In this document: piece by piece, positions 1 to 9,212 of the stretch
Numbering within the stretch: the first letter of the stretch is position 1
Layout of the letters: the number at the start of each line of letters is the position of its first letter
IMG/VR virus record: IMGVR_UViG_3300042343_000261
Span: 6,988 to 70,987 of that record
Reading direction: 5' to 3' (one strand)
DNA length: 64,000 nucleotides
DNA from: a virus
The notes under the pieces: model-generated
The model's database searches: none
The model's input: only the letters and a program-made list of their open reading frames with translations
Told to the model about the DNA's origin: nothing
Position numbers and translations under genes: made by a program

Positions 1-202
1 CTGGTGCATCACCTGCACTAGTAGACGCTAACTTTCCTTTTTTCATTCTTTCTTTAGTAGCTTGTATGCTACGTGTTTGATCATCAAACGGACTGACTCC
101 GTGCACCTTCCATGCAGAATCTTCCGCTTCATTAACTATAGTTAATAAATCTCTAATTGATTTAACGGAATTTACCGGCTCTGTTTTTAAAATTCTGTTC
201 AT
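1..202 (-). CDS. Hypothetical protein, runs off the left window edge (possible head-associated protein)
   Basis: Not in the ORF track. ATG at 202 preceded by a GAGGAA SD-like sequence; open frame MNRILKTEPVNSVKSIRDLLTIVNEAEDSAWKVHG... to position 1. Confidence 0.6.
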   Translation of the reverse strand, partial: MNRILKTEPVNSVKSIRDLLTIVNEAEDSAWKVHGVSPFDDQTRSIQATKERMKKGKLASTSAGDAP

Positions 203-2819
203 AATTATTCCTCATTGTTTTACGAATTTTGTGTTTATCTATGCTATCATGACGACGTCTACCACCGTGCCATTGTAACTCTTTCATTAACATACTAATA
301 GTTTGGTCATCGTCGTCATTAGCAAACGCTGAGTCTTGATCTTGAACCCCAGCTAATCGCAATACATCAGATTGTTCTCGATCATCGTCACTCGGATCTA
401 ACCGGTTAACTTTAGTTAATATATATTTTACATCATCTTCTGACGCATTGCTATAATCGCCGTCTTTAAAACTTTTAATAATTTTAATTTTAACTCTAGC
501 TCCGCCAATAGTAAAGTTCTCTTCTTCTTTATTCCAGAATCCTTCAATTGAATTTAGAATTTGTGTTTTGCCATCAAGCTGGTCATCTGATTCTTCTTCA
601 TCTGTATCACATTCGCCAAACCCAGTTTCACACGGAGTTAACCCACTTTCTCTAAGTGCGTCACGAATAGTCATACCTTCTGCAAACATTGTTTCTAATG
701 TTGCACCAGATGCTTTAGCTTTAATAAACATAGCCGTTAGTTTAGCTTTTTTATGATCAACTTCTTCAGTTTCACGAAGTTTTTCAGTAGATGCTTGATA
801 CATACGTTCTTGCTGATCTAAATCTGCTGCATGTCCACCAGATAACGCAATAAACTCTTTTTCGTACTTTGCAATTTGTGCAGGTGTTGCCCCGCTTGTT
901 CTTGCATCTTGTAACCGAGCTCTTGCATTTGCAACTTCCATTGAATGTGGATCTCTAATATAGCGTAGCTGGTCTGGTGTGTATACTTCTTTGCCATCAG
1001 CGGTATATTTCCAGGTGTCGTCTTCTGCTTCATCTTCATGTAACCCAGACAACTTACGAAGTTGTTGCAATTCTTCAGATACCGGCGCCGGAGGAGGTAC
1101 TTCGCTACCCGGCGCTGCAGGAGGAGGTACTTCACTACCTGGTGCTGGAGGTGCGCCTTCTGCGCCCGGTTCACCTTCTGGTGGAACTTCGCCACCTTCT
1201 GGAGGTAATTCGCCGCCCATTGGGGGCATTCCGCCGCCCATTGGGGGCATTCCGCCGCCTAAGTCTGGTTCTGCAGGTGCTGCTCCGCCTGGTGCTGGCT
1301 CGCTATCTGGTGCCGGTGCGCCGTTAGCTACTGGGGGCAAATCAGTGCCGCCTAATTCACCGTCTCCAAATTTTAACTGAATTGCTACACTTGGATCAGC
1401 TTGTGTTACATATTGTTGAATTAACGGACGTAAATCTAAGTCAGGATCAATGTCTTTTAATGAATCTAAAAAATCAGTATCATCAATTAATCCAGCTAAA
1501 CTTTCTATAGCATTAATACCATCAGGTCCGCCGTGTAATTCTTTTTCTAAAATTTTATTTAATTTGTCAATTGCAACTTTTTGAGCGTCTTTATTTGGAC
1601 TAAATAGTTCATCTTTATCTTCAAGCATTATACGATTAATAAATGACTCAAATGCAATTTCCGGATCAAAGCTTTCTTTCTTATGGCTAGTATAACCTTT
1701 GTTTTTCATAGAGTGTGCTAATGCCCAAGGATTATCGATCTCCTTGTGTTTCTTCATTGCTTTAACAGTACCTTCCCAACCTTTAGGTGCTTTTTCATCT
1801 AAGAAGTAATCTGAAGATAATTCACATACTGGTAATTCACTTTCGTCTACAATTTTATATAAAAACGGAAATACTGATCTCATGTCTTCATTAAACGTGC
1901 GTACTGTTAATCGATCAATCCAATCATTCATTACATTTTCTGGAATAACTTGGTCTTCTTTTGCAGTAAATGATTCTGCAAATTGCTGATAATATGCAGG
2001 ACGTTGTAAGCTAACGATTTCTTTTTTAATAGTGTCAATGCGGTCAATTACACGTGATGTAACGTCTCCCATTGCTTCTGATATCTGTGATTGGCGACTG
2101 ACATATCCTTTAAATTTACGCAAACTAGCTAATTCTTCACTAAGTTTGGTAATGTGTTTACCGATATCGTCATACGGAATACCGCCATGTTTAATATGTT
2201 CTGCTAGTGCGCGGGCGCCAGGTAAGTGTTTGTAAGGGTATTTAAATCGTTCGCCGTCTGCATTTTCAATGTATATACATTCAATATGCATAGTGCGACC
2301 TGCAGCTAACTCTGGGTTAATAGGTTGAGTGTGCTTAACTATTAAACGAGCTTCACCTAAGTCTTGGTAACTTATTCTAGAAGTACCAAACATTTTACTT
2401 TCCATCATTGGTTGTTCCTTGGGTTTTGCTTGAAACTGATAGTCTCGTTTGTCTAAGTTGCTTTTTCCAATGTTTTGTACATCAAAGTTTAATAAGCGAT
2501 TTTTAGCAAATTTTCTAAATGATCTTATGAATTTGTATGCACTATGATGAGTAGTATCTGAATCATCATCTACTAGATCTCCACTAACTTGCACTACAAC
2601 TCCGTCGTCTTTATCTAAAGTAATAGCAATAGTTCCAAGTGGCTCACCATCTTCAGTATATTCAAACTCAAAGAATCGTGCTTTTGGAATATCAACTTTT
2701 TTACTTAATACTGCTGCGTTTTCGTCGCCCATTTTAATGTCTGAGAAACGTGTTTCTATTTTGCCATAAAGGTCTTTAGCAATCTTATCTAAATTATTGT
2801 CCATGTTTATATTTATCAC
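162..2819 (-). CDS. Large acidic virion/head-associated hypothetical protein with Pro/Gly-rich linker
   Basis: 885-aa ORF directly downstream of terminase. Likely start MDNN at 2804, just after a GATAAATA motif. Function is inferred from context only. Confidence 0.6.
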   Translation of the reverse strand: MININMDNNLDKIAKDLYGKIETRFSDIKMGDENAAVLSKKVDIPKARFFEFEYTEDGEPLGTIAITLDKDDGVVVQVSGDLVDDDSDTTHHSAYKFIRSFRKFAKNRLLNFDVQNIGKSNLDKRDYQFQAKPKEQPMMESKMFGTSRISYQDLGEARLIVKHTQPINPELAAGRTMHIECIYIENADGERFKYPYKHLPGARALAEHIKHGGIPYDDIGKHITKLSEELASLRKFKGYVSRQSQISEAMGDVTSRVIDRIDTIKKEIVSLQRPAYYQQFAESFTAKEDQVIPENVMNDWIDRLTVRTFNEDMRSVFPFLYKIVDESELPVCELSSDYFLDEKAPKGWEGTVKAMKKHKEIDNPWALAHSMKNKGYTSHKKESFDPEIAFESFINRIMLEDKDELFSPNKDAQKVAIDKLNKILEKELHGGPDGINAIESLAGLIDDTDFLDSLKDIDPDLDLRPLIQQYVTQADPSVAIQLKFGDGELGGTDLPPVANGAPAPDSEPAPGGAAPAEPDLGGGMPPMGGGMPPMGGELPPEGGEVPPEGEPGAEGAPPAPGSEVPPPAAPGSEVPPPAPVSEELQQLRKLSGLHEDEAEDDTWKYTADGKEVYTPDQLRYIRDPHSMEVANARARLQDARTSGATPAQIAKYEKEFIALSGGHAADLDQQERMYQASTEKLRETEEVDHKKAKLTAMFIKAKASGATLETMFAEGMTIRDALRESGLTPCETGFGECDTDEEESDDQLDGKTQILNSIEGFWNKEEENFTIGGARVKIKIIKSFKDGDYSNASEDDVKYILTKVNRLDPSDDDREQSDVLRLAGVQDQDSAFANDDDDQTISMLMKELQWHGGRRRHDSIDKHKIRKTMRNNYEQNFKNRAGKFR
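1081..1330 (-). repeat. GC-rich coding tandem repeats (MPPMGGG x2, 21 bp; APGSEVPPPA x2, 30 bp)
   Basis: Direct repeats visible in DNA and protein. Confidence 0.85.
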
Positions 2820-3925
2820 ATATTAGAGGAAACAAATATTGGTAGAGGTGCTTCCCAGTCCTCAATTCGATCTTCAATCCGCATTCTTTCAAATACTAAT
2901 GGGTCCCACTCTGCTAGTATATCAATCATTCTTACTATTAGTAATAACGCTGCTACTAAGTCGTCGTGTTGCCCTGGTTTACCTTTAAAACTAATGCCGT
3001 GCGCGATGAATGATTTTAATTCAGTAATTAATGGTTTGCTGTTAATTACCATTTTATCTTCTTCAACAAAATATTTTAATTTTGAACACGCTGCAATTTT
3101 ATTATTAAAGGTAGTATTAAATCCTTTGCGGAATTTACGAACATGCCCCTTTCTGCCCGGTTCGCTTACAAATAAACCCGGAAATGTCTCTTCTCCTAAA
3201 TTGTCAATTACTACTAATGCGCTCTCACCTACTGTGTTATTTTCTACTGACCAGTATATTGAATTATATTGATCAGCACCAATCTCGTCTTGAATATATA
3301 ACAATACATCTCTAAATAGCTTTACCTGACCTTGTATTGGAGTAATGTTGTGATGCCATTCTGCTACTTGCACCATAGATGGTAATTCAAATACCGTAAT
3401 AGCAGAATAGTCGCCGCCTGTACCTAAACTAGGATCTAACGCAATTAAATATAAATTACCAGCAGTTGGTGCTTTATACCATCGAACCTGCCCCATTTTC
3501 ATCATTGGTTCTTTACCGTACAGCTCAACTAGTTTCAAACTGTTTATAAGAGTTTCGTCGTATACAAGAAATTCGCAATTTTTGATTAGAACGTTATTTG
3601 CATAATACCTGTGATTCTTTTCAACATTAAACAGATCGTATACTGGTTCTTCATCTAACAGCCACTTAACAGACACGACATTATCAAGTTTGCCATTAAC
3701 TAAAATTTTTTGTTTAGGCAATAATAATCTACCTTCTATTGGTTTAAACCCATTAAGAAAATATTTATGATCAGGAGTGCTTTTAAGTGAATGACGTTGT
3801 GTAGTTACATGAAGTATCTTTTTAACACCTTTAACTAAGATTCCGTCAAACTTGCTCCAGCCGGTGTCAGTTAGCACCGTTAATCCTAACTTATTTTTTA
3901 TTAATTCTTCCGCGTGTAAATCCAT
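2816..3925 (-). CDS. terL: Terminase large subunit, C-terminal (RNase H-like nuclease) part fused behind a split-intein C-fragment
   Basis: N-terminal ~116 aa carry intein motifs (STPDH = TxxH; VYDLFNVEKNHRYYANNVLIKN|C). They are followed by CEFLVYDETLI...IALDPSLGTGGDYSA...VENN...HDDLV, typical of the T4 gp17 nuclease domain. Confidence 0.9.
   Translation of the reverse strand: MDLHAEELIKNKLGLTVLTDTGWSKFDGILVKGVKKILHVTTQRHSLKSTPDHKYFLNGFKPIEGRLLLPKQKILVNGKLDNVVSVKWLLDEEPVYDLFNVEKNHRYYANNVLIKNCEFLVYDETLINSLKLVELYGKEPMMKMGQVRWYKAPTAGNLYLIALDPSLGTGGDYSAITVFELPSMVQVAEWHHNITPIQGQVKLFRDVLLYIQDEIGADQYNSIYWSVENNTVGESALVVIDNLGEETFPGLFVSEPGRKGHVRKFRKGFNTTFNNKIAACSKLKYFVEEDKMVINSKPLITELKSFIAHGISFKGKPGQHDDLVAALLLIVRMIDILAEWDPLVFERMRIEDRIEDWEAPLPIFVSSNM
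3578..3925 (-). mobile_element. Split intein C-fragment (IntC, ~116 aa)
   Basis: Block B TPDH, block F VYDL-NVE-H-YYAN, terminal Asn (3578-3580) followed by Cys+1 (3575-3577). Confidence 0.88.
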
Positions 3926-4685
3926 CAAGTTCTGTTCCTTCTTTAAATTGTTTGTTAATTACTCCATTATTATACCAACACATGCCTCTCTTTGATATTT
4001 GTAATCTAGGAAGTCTTCCCTTAACAAATCCGTCAGGGCATATATCTTTATAGGTCTCAATAACTCCATTATTAAACCATTGTTTGTCTTTTGCTGATCC
4101 AGGTTTTCCTTTTTTGGAGTCACTTATTTTTTTTGCTCTTATAGGACATTTGTTAAACTCATAATAACCTGGTTGGCTTCTAACTAACAGTTGAGTTTCT
4201 CTTTCAGATTCAGACCATTTAGTACCTAATGTACGTCCACCAATTCCTGGACGAGCAATACCTTTATTATATGGAATGGTTCCTTTTCTTTGAATACTCA
4301 TTAATTGTTTGGTTTCTTCAGTATGTTTAAATCCAGTACACCCATCTCCGCCTAGTGTTTTATTTGTTAACGGGCCGGCATGATCAATTAATCGGCCGTA
4401 CTGGTTAATCAGATCAATTTCAAGAGCCTTTGCTGCAGCATCTGTTAACTCAGTTTGATACATTTCTATAACCGGAGTTAGATTTTGCGCAACTAATCTA
4501 GAAATTACCGCAACTTTTAAATGATTACACGTAGTTTCTGCAGTTTCTGATAAATGATCTTTATATCGCCTACCGTGGCCCTTCCCAATATAAAACGGTT
4601 GATTTGCTAAAATACTCATATAACTTACTGTGATGTTAATTGGGGTTTTATAAATATATACATAATACATGCTAGTATTTATCAT
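3891..4685 (-). CDS. Free-standing GIY-YIG homing endonuclease with NUMOD3 motif
   Basis: YYVYIY...PFYIGKG..R..H motif, GFKHTEETKQLMS (NUMOD3-like), duplicated WFNNG/WYNNG...GF..GR C-terminal motif. Lies between the two terL halves. Likely start MYY at 4670. Confidence 0.85.
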   Translation of the reverse strand: MINTSMYYVYIYKTPINITVSYMSILANQPFYIGKGHGRRYKDHLSETAETTCNHLKVAVISRLVAQNLTPVIEMYQTELTDAAAKALEIDLINQYGRLIDHAGPLTNKTLGGDGCTGFKHTEETKQLMSIQRKGTIPYNKGIARPGIGGRTLGTKWSESERETQLLVRSQPGYYEFNKCPIRAKKISDSKKGKPGSAKDKQWFNNGVIETYKDICPDGFVKGRLPRLQISKRGMCWYNNGVINKQFKEGTELDGFTRGRINKK

Positions 4686-4696
4686 TTCGTCATATA

Positions 4697-5623
4697 CTAT
4701 GAACTTAATAATCGCATAATATCGCCCATTGTTAGTTTTTCAATTTTTCCAGATGGCCATTTAACAGTTACAACTGAATCATGCACAATACAACCGTATT
4801 CACGTCTAAATTTTTCCTCACCTATACGACCAAGCTCTTCTTGTTTCCATACTTCATCACGATCTGGATGATCCCACCAATCTGATCTAAATCCAGAAAA
4901 TCCGTTAATACCAACTTTGTCATCTTTTTCATTACCAAATTCGTCAAAATATTGTTGGCTTTCCTTCCATATAGTAGCAAATTGATCTTCGTCACTATTT
5001 GGCGTGGACGTAATAATACAACGTCCACCAGTTGCTAATGTAGGTGATATAGAAGTCCAAAACTCTTCAGCAATATTAGGTTGTAGGAACGCAAACTCGT
5101 CACAATATAATAACGAGATAGACATACCCCGTCCAGTTGTACCTGTAGTAGTCTGACTTACAATACGTGATCCGTTATCAAACTCCATAGAACCTTTATT
5201 ATAACTAATAACGCCAGCACGTAAGAAGTCTGGACATAATTCGTACCCATATCGTATACGTTGCATAATCTCTTGTGCACCTGTATATTTGTGCGCTGCA
5301 ATTAGAATAGTTTGATCCGGATGAAACATTGCAAACCATAATAAGTATGCAGATGCACATGTAGTTTTACCACTTTGGCGTGGTAGCATATTAATATTGA
5401 ACCGATGTGCATGATAACAGTTTAACAAGTTAACTTGATAATCAAACGGTTGAAATAACAATTTCCCTTTTACTGAGTGTTGAATATGGAAGAAATATCT
5501 TGAAAAATAAAGATATCCATCCTCGGGGTCAGAACACATTTGTAAATCAATAATGTGTTGCTCTTCAAATCGTTCAGTTTTGTGAGCTTTTTTAGTTAAA
5601 ACCCCATCTAAACTTTTAGCCAT
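4697..5623 (-). CDS. terL: Terminase large subunit, N-terminal ATPase part ending in a split-intein N-fragment
   Basis: Walker A PRQSGKTT, Walker B LLYCDEFAF, coupling motif ITSTPN, and FRREYG followed by CIVHDSVV... intein block A. Confidence 0.92.
   Translation of the reverse strand: MAKSLDGVLTKKAHKTERFEEQHIIDLQMCSDPEDGYLYFSRYFFHIQHSVKGKLLFQPFDYQVNLLNCYHAHRFNINMLPRQSGKTTCASAYLLWFAMFHPDQTILIAAHKYTGAQEIMQRIRYGYELCPDFLRAGVISYNKGSMEFDNGSRIVSQTTTGTTGRGMSISLLYCDEFAFLQPNIAEEFWTSISPTLATGGRCIITSTPNSDEDQFATIWKESQQYFDEFGNEKDDKVGINGFSGFRSDWWDHPDRDEVWKQEELGRIGEEKFRREYGCIVHDSVVTVKWPSGKIEKLTMGDIMRLLSS
4700..4792 (-). mobile_element. Split intein N-fragment (IntN, 31 aa)
   Basis: CIVHDSVVTVKWPSGKIEKLTMGDIMRLLSS-stop. 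Starts with Cys1 after EYG and resembles intein block A. Confidence 0.85.
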
Positions 5624-5653
5624 ATAATAATCCTTTGTCGTATATGTATTTAC

Positions 5654-5681
5654 AAAAAAAAGCGGACATAATGTCCGCTTT
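5654..5681 (-). terminator. Rho-independent terminator
   Basis: AAAGCGGACA-TAA-TGTCCGCTTT hairpin followed on the minus strand by a T run. Confidence 0.8.
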
Positions 5682-5701
5682 ATGATTATTAAAAGTAGTT
5701 G

Positions 5702-6157
5702 TTACTTGCGAGATTTAATATCTTCGTACAACGCAGCAAGATTTTGAACTAACGATTCAAAATGCGGTTGTGGCTGGCCACCACCATTTACTTTACGTGC
5801 TTCACCGTCTTTTTTATCACCTTGGTGTAATACAGTGTTAATCCCATAAGTGTGCTGCCCGCTGTCGCCGTCTACTTCATTTCCAAAGCTGTCACCGATT
5901 ACGATCTCAGCGTCGTCGTCTGGTTCATCCATAGGCTCATGATGCGAGTCACTACTAATTCCTTTTAAGATATCCATTAAATCGCGAATACCGTCAGCGC
6001 CTTTACTATTAATAGTAACATTCATATTTAATGATTCGTCAGCCGGTGCTCCGCCTTGAATAATAGCAGCAGGCATATCCATACCACATTCGTCAATTGT
6101 TGGTTCACGCCCTTCATCAATTTCTTGCATTGTTTGCATTAATTTTTTAAAATCCAT
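5702..6157 (-). CDS. Acidic hypothetical protein
   Basis: 151-aa ORF in the operon; no recognisable family. Confidence 0.6.
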   Translation of the reverse strand: MDFKKLMQTMQEIDEGREPTIDECGMDMPAAIIQGGAPADESLNMNVTINSKGADGIRDLMDILKGISSDSHHEPMDEPDDDAEIVIGDSFGNEVDGDSGQHTYGINTVLHQGDKKDGEARKVNGGGQPQPHFESLVQNLAALYEDIKSRK

Positions 6158-6158
6158 T

Positions 6159-6785
6159 TTATTTCCCTAAGTTTGCAGTTGGCAATGTAATTTTTTTAGA
6201 ACCAATTGCACTAGTTGTTCCAATTGATGTATTAGTTTTAGCAGATGGTGCTGATTTTTCAACATGCGATTTTTTTGCTAATAGTTGATCGTTAACTCCT
6301 TTATATTGAGTACCTTGATGTTTAACTTTATTAAGTTCTTTTAGCATACTCATTACATGTGACTGCCCTGTTAGATGTTGATTATTTTCTTTATCGTAAT
6401 CTGATCCAATCAATGCTTTGCTGTCATTAAGCTGATCATATTTGTGATTAATGTCGTATTCTTCTACTTCTTTGTTATTTCTAACTTTAATACAACATTC
6501 ACTTACACCTAGTGCATTAGCAGCAAGTTGGCTTACTTGAAAACTAGTTGCTGGATAAGTTAACGTAACATCAAATGATGTAGTATTAGTATTGTGGTGT
6601 TCAGGAAAATCAACTTGTGTTTCCTGGATTGGTGTGCGAGTGCCTTCTGAAAAAGATTCAACTGTAAATCTTTCCAATACACTTTTAAGTTTATCAATTT
6701 GTTCTGATGTAGGTTCTCCTACAACTTTAATTTTAAATTCATAAACTTGTTTTGATTCTAATAAATGCTGTCTAAACGATTTCAT
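6159..6785 (-). CDS. Hypothetical protein (probable virion protein)
   Basis: 208-aa ORF with AAGGA SD and an upstream AATAAATA motif. Confidence 0.6.
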   Translation of the reverse strand: MKSFRQHLLESKQVYEFKIKVVGEPTSEQIDKLKSVLERFTVESFSEGTRTPIQETQVDFPEHHNTNTTSFDVTLTYPATSFQVSQLAANALGVSECCIKVRNNKEVEEYDINHKYDQLNDSKALIGSDYDKENNQHLTGQSHVMSMLKELNKVKHQGTQYKGVNDQLLAKKSHVEKSAPSAKTNTSIGTTSAIGSKKITLPTANLGK

Positions 6786-6806
6786 AATATATCCTTGATA
6801 TTATAT

Positions 6807-7289
6807 TTATTTCATATTCTTTAATTTTTCAATAAGACTGTTTCGGTCTGTAACAATAAATCCTTCACCTGCAATATTAACACCAGTATCTTCTGCGTGA
6901 TTATCGCTATCTAACTTTTGCTTTTTAAGTTGAAGTTCTATCATTTTAAGTTTCTTATCAATTTTTGCCGACTTAGCATCGATTGCATTCTTAAGCATAC
7001 TAGCTGCTACTTCAAATACTCTCCCGCTATATCTAGCCTCAACGTTCATACCTAAATCCATTAAGTCATCATATGCATCAGTTGCACGTTGTGCTAATGC
7101 ATCAAATTCAGAATCACTAACATCGCCTAACCCTTTTACTTGCGGTAATGCAGCTGAAATTTTATCAAATTCGGCTATATCGCGGAATAACGGAGTTGGT
7201 ACCGGTGGCGCAGGGATTGCTACTTCTGTTTCTTTTATGATTGTTTTACTTTCTGGTAAATTTAGGAGTTCCTCTAACTTTTTTGTCAT
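6807..7289 (-). CDS. Helical protein, possible terminase small subunit
   Basis: 160 aa, coiled-coil-like, upstream of terL. Assignment is by size and context only. Confidence 0.4.
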   Translation of the reverse strand: MTKKLEELLNLPESKTIIKETEVAIPAPPVPTPLFRDIAEFDKISAALPQVKGLGDVSDSEFDALAQRATDAYDDLMDLGMNVEARYSGRVFEVAASMLKNAIDAKSAKIDKKLKMIELQLKKQKLDSDNHAEDTGVNIAGEGFIVTDRNSLIEKLKNMK

Positions 7290-7319
7290 AGTATATCCTC
7301 TTATAGTATACTATTTAAG

Positions 7320-7760
7320 TTATTTAGAACCGTTATGGAATAAATCATTTTCGTTTATTACTCTAAATTTAAGACCATTTTGTTTGCAGTAAATAATAGC
7401 TGCTGCCCATTTGGCTTGATTTTTAATAAACTGTGCTTGATTGTATTTGTTTTTACCAACACGTTCAAGTATATGCTGACTTGCTGGTTTTATTTCAATT
7501 ACTTCGTTGTGTATGTGATGGTTTTTATCTACGTATTGGATAAAAAAATCTGGTAGATAAATTGTATTACGATTAGTAAGTGGGTCTCGATACGGTATAG
7601 TAATAGCCTCACTTGCCCATTTTTGAACACTTGGATTTGAATCACAAAATTGCATAAAGCTCATTTCCCAAGAACTTCGATAATATGGAATCTTAGTTCC
7701 TACATATTTTCCTGGATTCTTAGGGACGTATTTGCCTTTAGCAAATTTTCGACTGCTCAT
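7320..7760 (-). CDS. Head completion nuclease (T4 gp4-like, TnsA/PD-(D/E)xK fold)
   Basis: GKYVPKNPGKYVG...YRSSWE..FM..CD...WASE...Y.PDF...IEIKP...N.AKW.AA is the characteristic gp4 pattern. Confidence 0.85.
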   Translation of the reverse strand: MSSRKFAKGKYVPKNPGKYVGTKIPYYRSSWEMSFMQFCDSNPSVQKWASEAITIPYRDPLTNRNTIYLPDFFIQYVDKNHHIHNEVIEIKPASQHILERVGKNKYNQAQFIKNQAKWAAAIIYCKQNGLKFRVINENDLFHNGSK

Positions 7761-8125
7761 ACTAAAATATTTCTCGACTCGTATTCGTTATCATTAACTT
7801 TAACACGATATCCTAATAAACTAGTAGGATCTCTGTAAGAATTTAAGATCTGTGCAACTATTTGGTTTAATTGTAGTGTTGGCAATTGTTTAAGCGAGTC
7901 TAGTAATGTAAACACATGTACCTCTTCTGTTCTTGCTCTATTTAAAAATACAATCGCAGTTGCTTTTGCACTGTTAGCATCAAAGTTTCTTTTTTGAAAA
8001 AACCCAATAACTGCGTCAATCTCTTCACAAGGAAATGATACATCAGTTGTATACGACTTATCAAAAAAATGTTTAATTTCAGCAGCTGCTGAATTAGTGT
8101 CGGATGAAAATGCATTTAAGTTCAT
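7757..8125 (-). CDS. Hypothetical protein
   Basis: 122-aa ORF with 4-bp overlaps on both sides. Confidence 0.6.
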   Translation of the reverse strand: MNLNAFSSDTNSAAAEIKHFFDKSYTTDVSFPCEEIDAVIGFFQKRNFDANSAKATAIVFLNRARTEEVHVFTLLDSLKQLPTLQLNQIVAQILNSYRDPTSLLGYRVKVNDNEYESRNILV

Positions 8126-9123
8126 AGTTTAACTAATGTTCCTGTTTTAGTTGTTATTGGTGATCCAACTGTATTAGTAGTTCCGGTAGTACTTACAGGT
8201 ATTGAAACACCTGATATACTTGTTTTTGCAGTTGAGCCAGTTGTTAGTCCAGTCGTTGATCCGATTGTAGTTGCGCCGGCAGCATTAATTGCTGATGATG
8301 AAGCTGCTGCTGATATAGCATTAGATAGACTAAAATTAGATTTTGCAAATGCCGGATACGACCCACTGTTAGCAGGATAACTACTAGTTAATGTTGACGG
8401 AGATAAGTCGTAATGTGAAGATAAGAAATCCTCCATTTGCCCATCATTAACATAGCCAGTACCATATGATACTGCCTCGTATGCTAATGTCATTTCAAAG
8501 CTGTGCGACTCGCCTGAATGATATGCTAAATTGTTGCCGCCCCAATGTGTAATAAGAGGGTTAACAAGTTTATAACTAACATATTCGTGTCTAGACATTT
8601 GATAAATCATTATATAATTAAAAAATGGCTTAACCCGTCCCATAAAACCATATGGACTAGTTATATATGAAGATTCTTTCATTGCATTTTTAATATATGA
8701 TCCTTTTTTACTAGATACGGTAGGATCGTTATAGTAATATTTGTAATATGTTTGCCATAATTGATTTATAAGACCCATATTATCATCATGAAATGATACC
8801 TTAACATCGTTGTATTTGTGCTGATATTGTACTACTCGTTTTCTATTATATTGGTTTAATGTTTCGGCTGACACTGTATATGTAGGAAGATCGATCGATT
8901 TAACTAATAAATTAATTTCATTTTTAAGAGTGTGTAATAATTTAGCTTCAACAGTTGTTGGATTAATTCCTTGCCAATTAATGTTAAACGCAACATGAAA
9001 TAAAAATTTATCTTTAGGTAGTAATCTAAATTGATCAGTAACAAAAGTTTTAGAGGCATGTTGACGACACCGAAGATTTTCAGTGGGATTAGATGTTAAA
9101 TATTCGTTAGGTGCAAATGACAT
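8122..9123 (-). CDS. Tail-tube-fold baseplate/tube initiator protein (gp48/gp54-like)
   Basis: LVKSIDLP...NQYNRKR...V.FHDD tube-fold pattern; adjacent to tail tube gene; Ser/Thr-rich tail. Confidence 0.6.
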   Translation of the reverse strand: MSFAPNEYLTSNPTENLRCRQHASKTFVTDQFRLLPKDKFLFHVAFNINWQGINPTTVEAKLLHTLKNEINLLVKSIDLPTYTVSAETLNQYNRKRVVQYQHKYNDVKVSFHDDNMGLINQLWQTYYKYYYNDPTVSSKKGSYIKNAMKESSYITSPYGFMGRVKPFFNYIMIYQMSRHEYVSYKLVNPLITHWGGNNLAYHSGESHSFEMTLAYEAVSYGTGYVNDGQMEDFLSSHYDLSPSTLTSSYPANSGSYPAFAKSNFSLSNAISAAASSSAINAAGATTIGSTTGLTTGSTAKTSISGVSIPVSTTGTTNTVGSPITTKTGTLVKL

Positions 9124-9171
9124 ATATATATTTATCCTTTTAATAAACTACGCAGTTTAAAATTTAGTCAT

Positions 9172-9197
9172 AAAAAAGCCCGCACTGCGGGCTTTTT
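9172..9197. terminator. Rho-independent terminator, potentially bidirectional
   Basis: AAAAAAGCCCGCA-C-TGCGGGCTTTTT just downstream of the tail tube gene. Confidence 0.85.
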
Positions 9198-9212
9198 ATT
9201 AATGCGTTAAAC

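Noticed and set aside
3891-4696. Group I intron interrupting terL
   Set aside because: Only about 11-26 non-coding bases flank the endonuclease, leaving no room for a ribozyme core, and intein motifs explain the break.
7320-7760. Tn7 TnsA transposase indicating a transposon
   Set aside because: The motifs and context match the gp4 head-completion nuclease; no TnsB or TnsC nearby.
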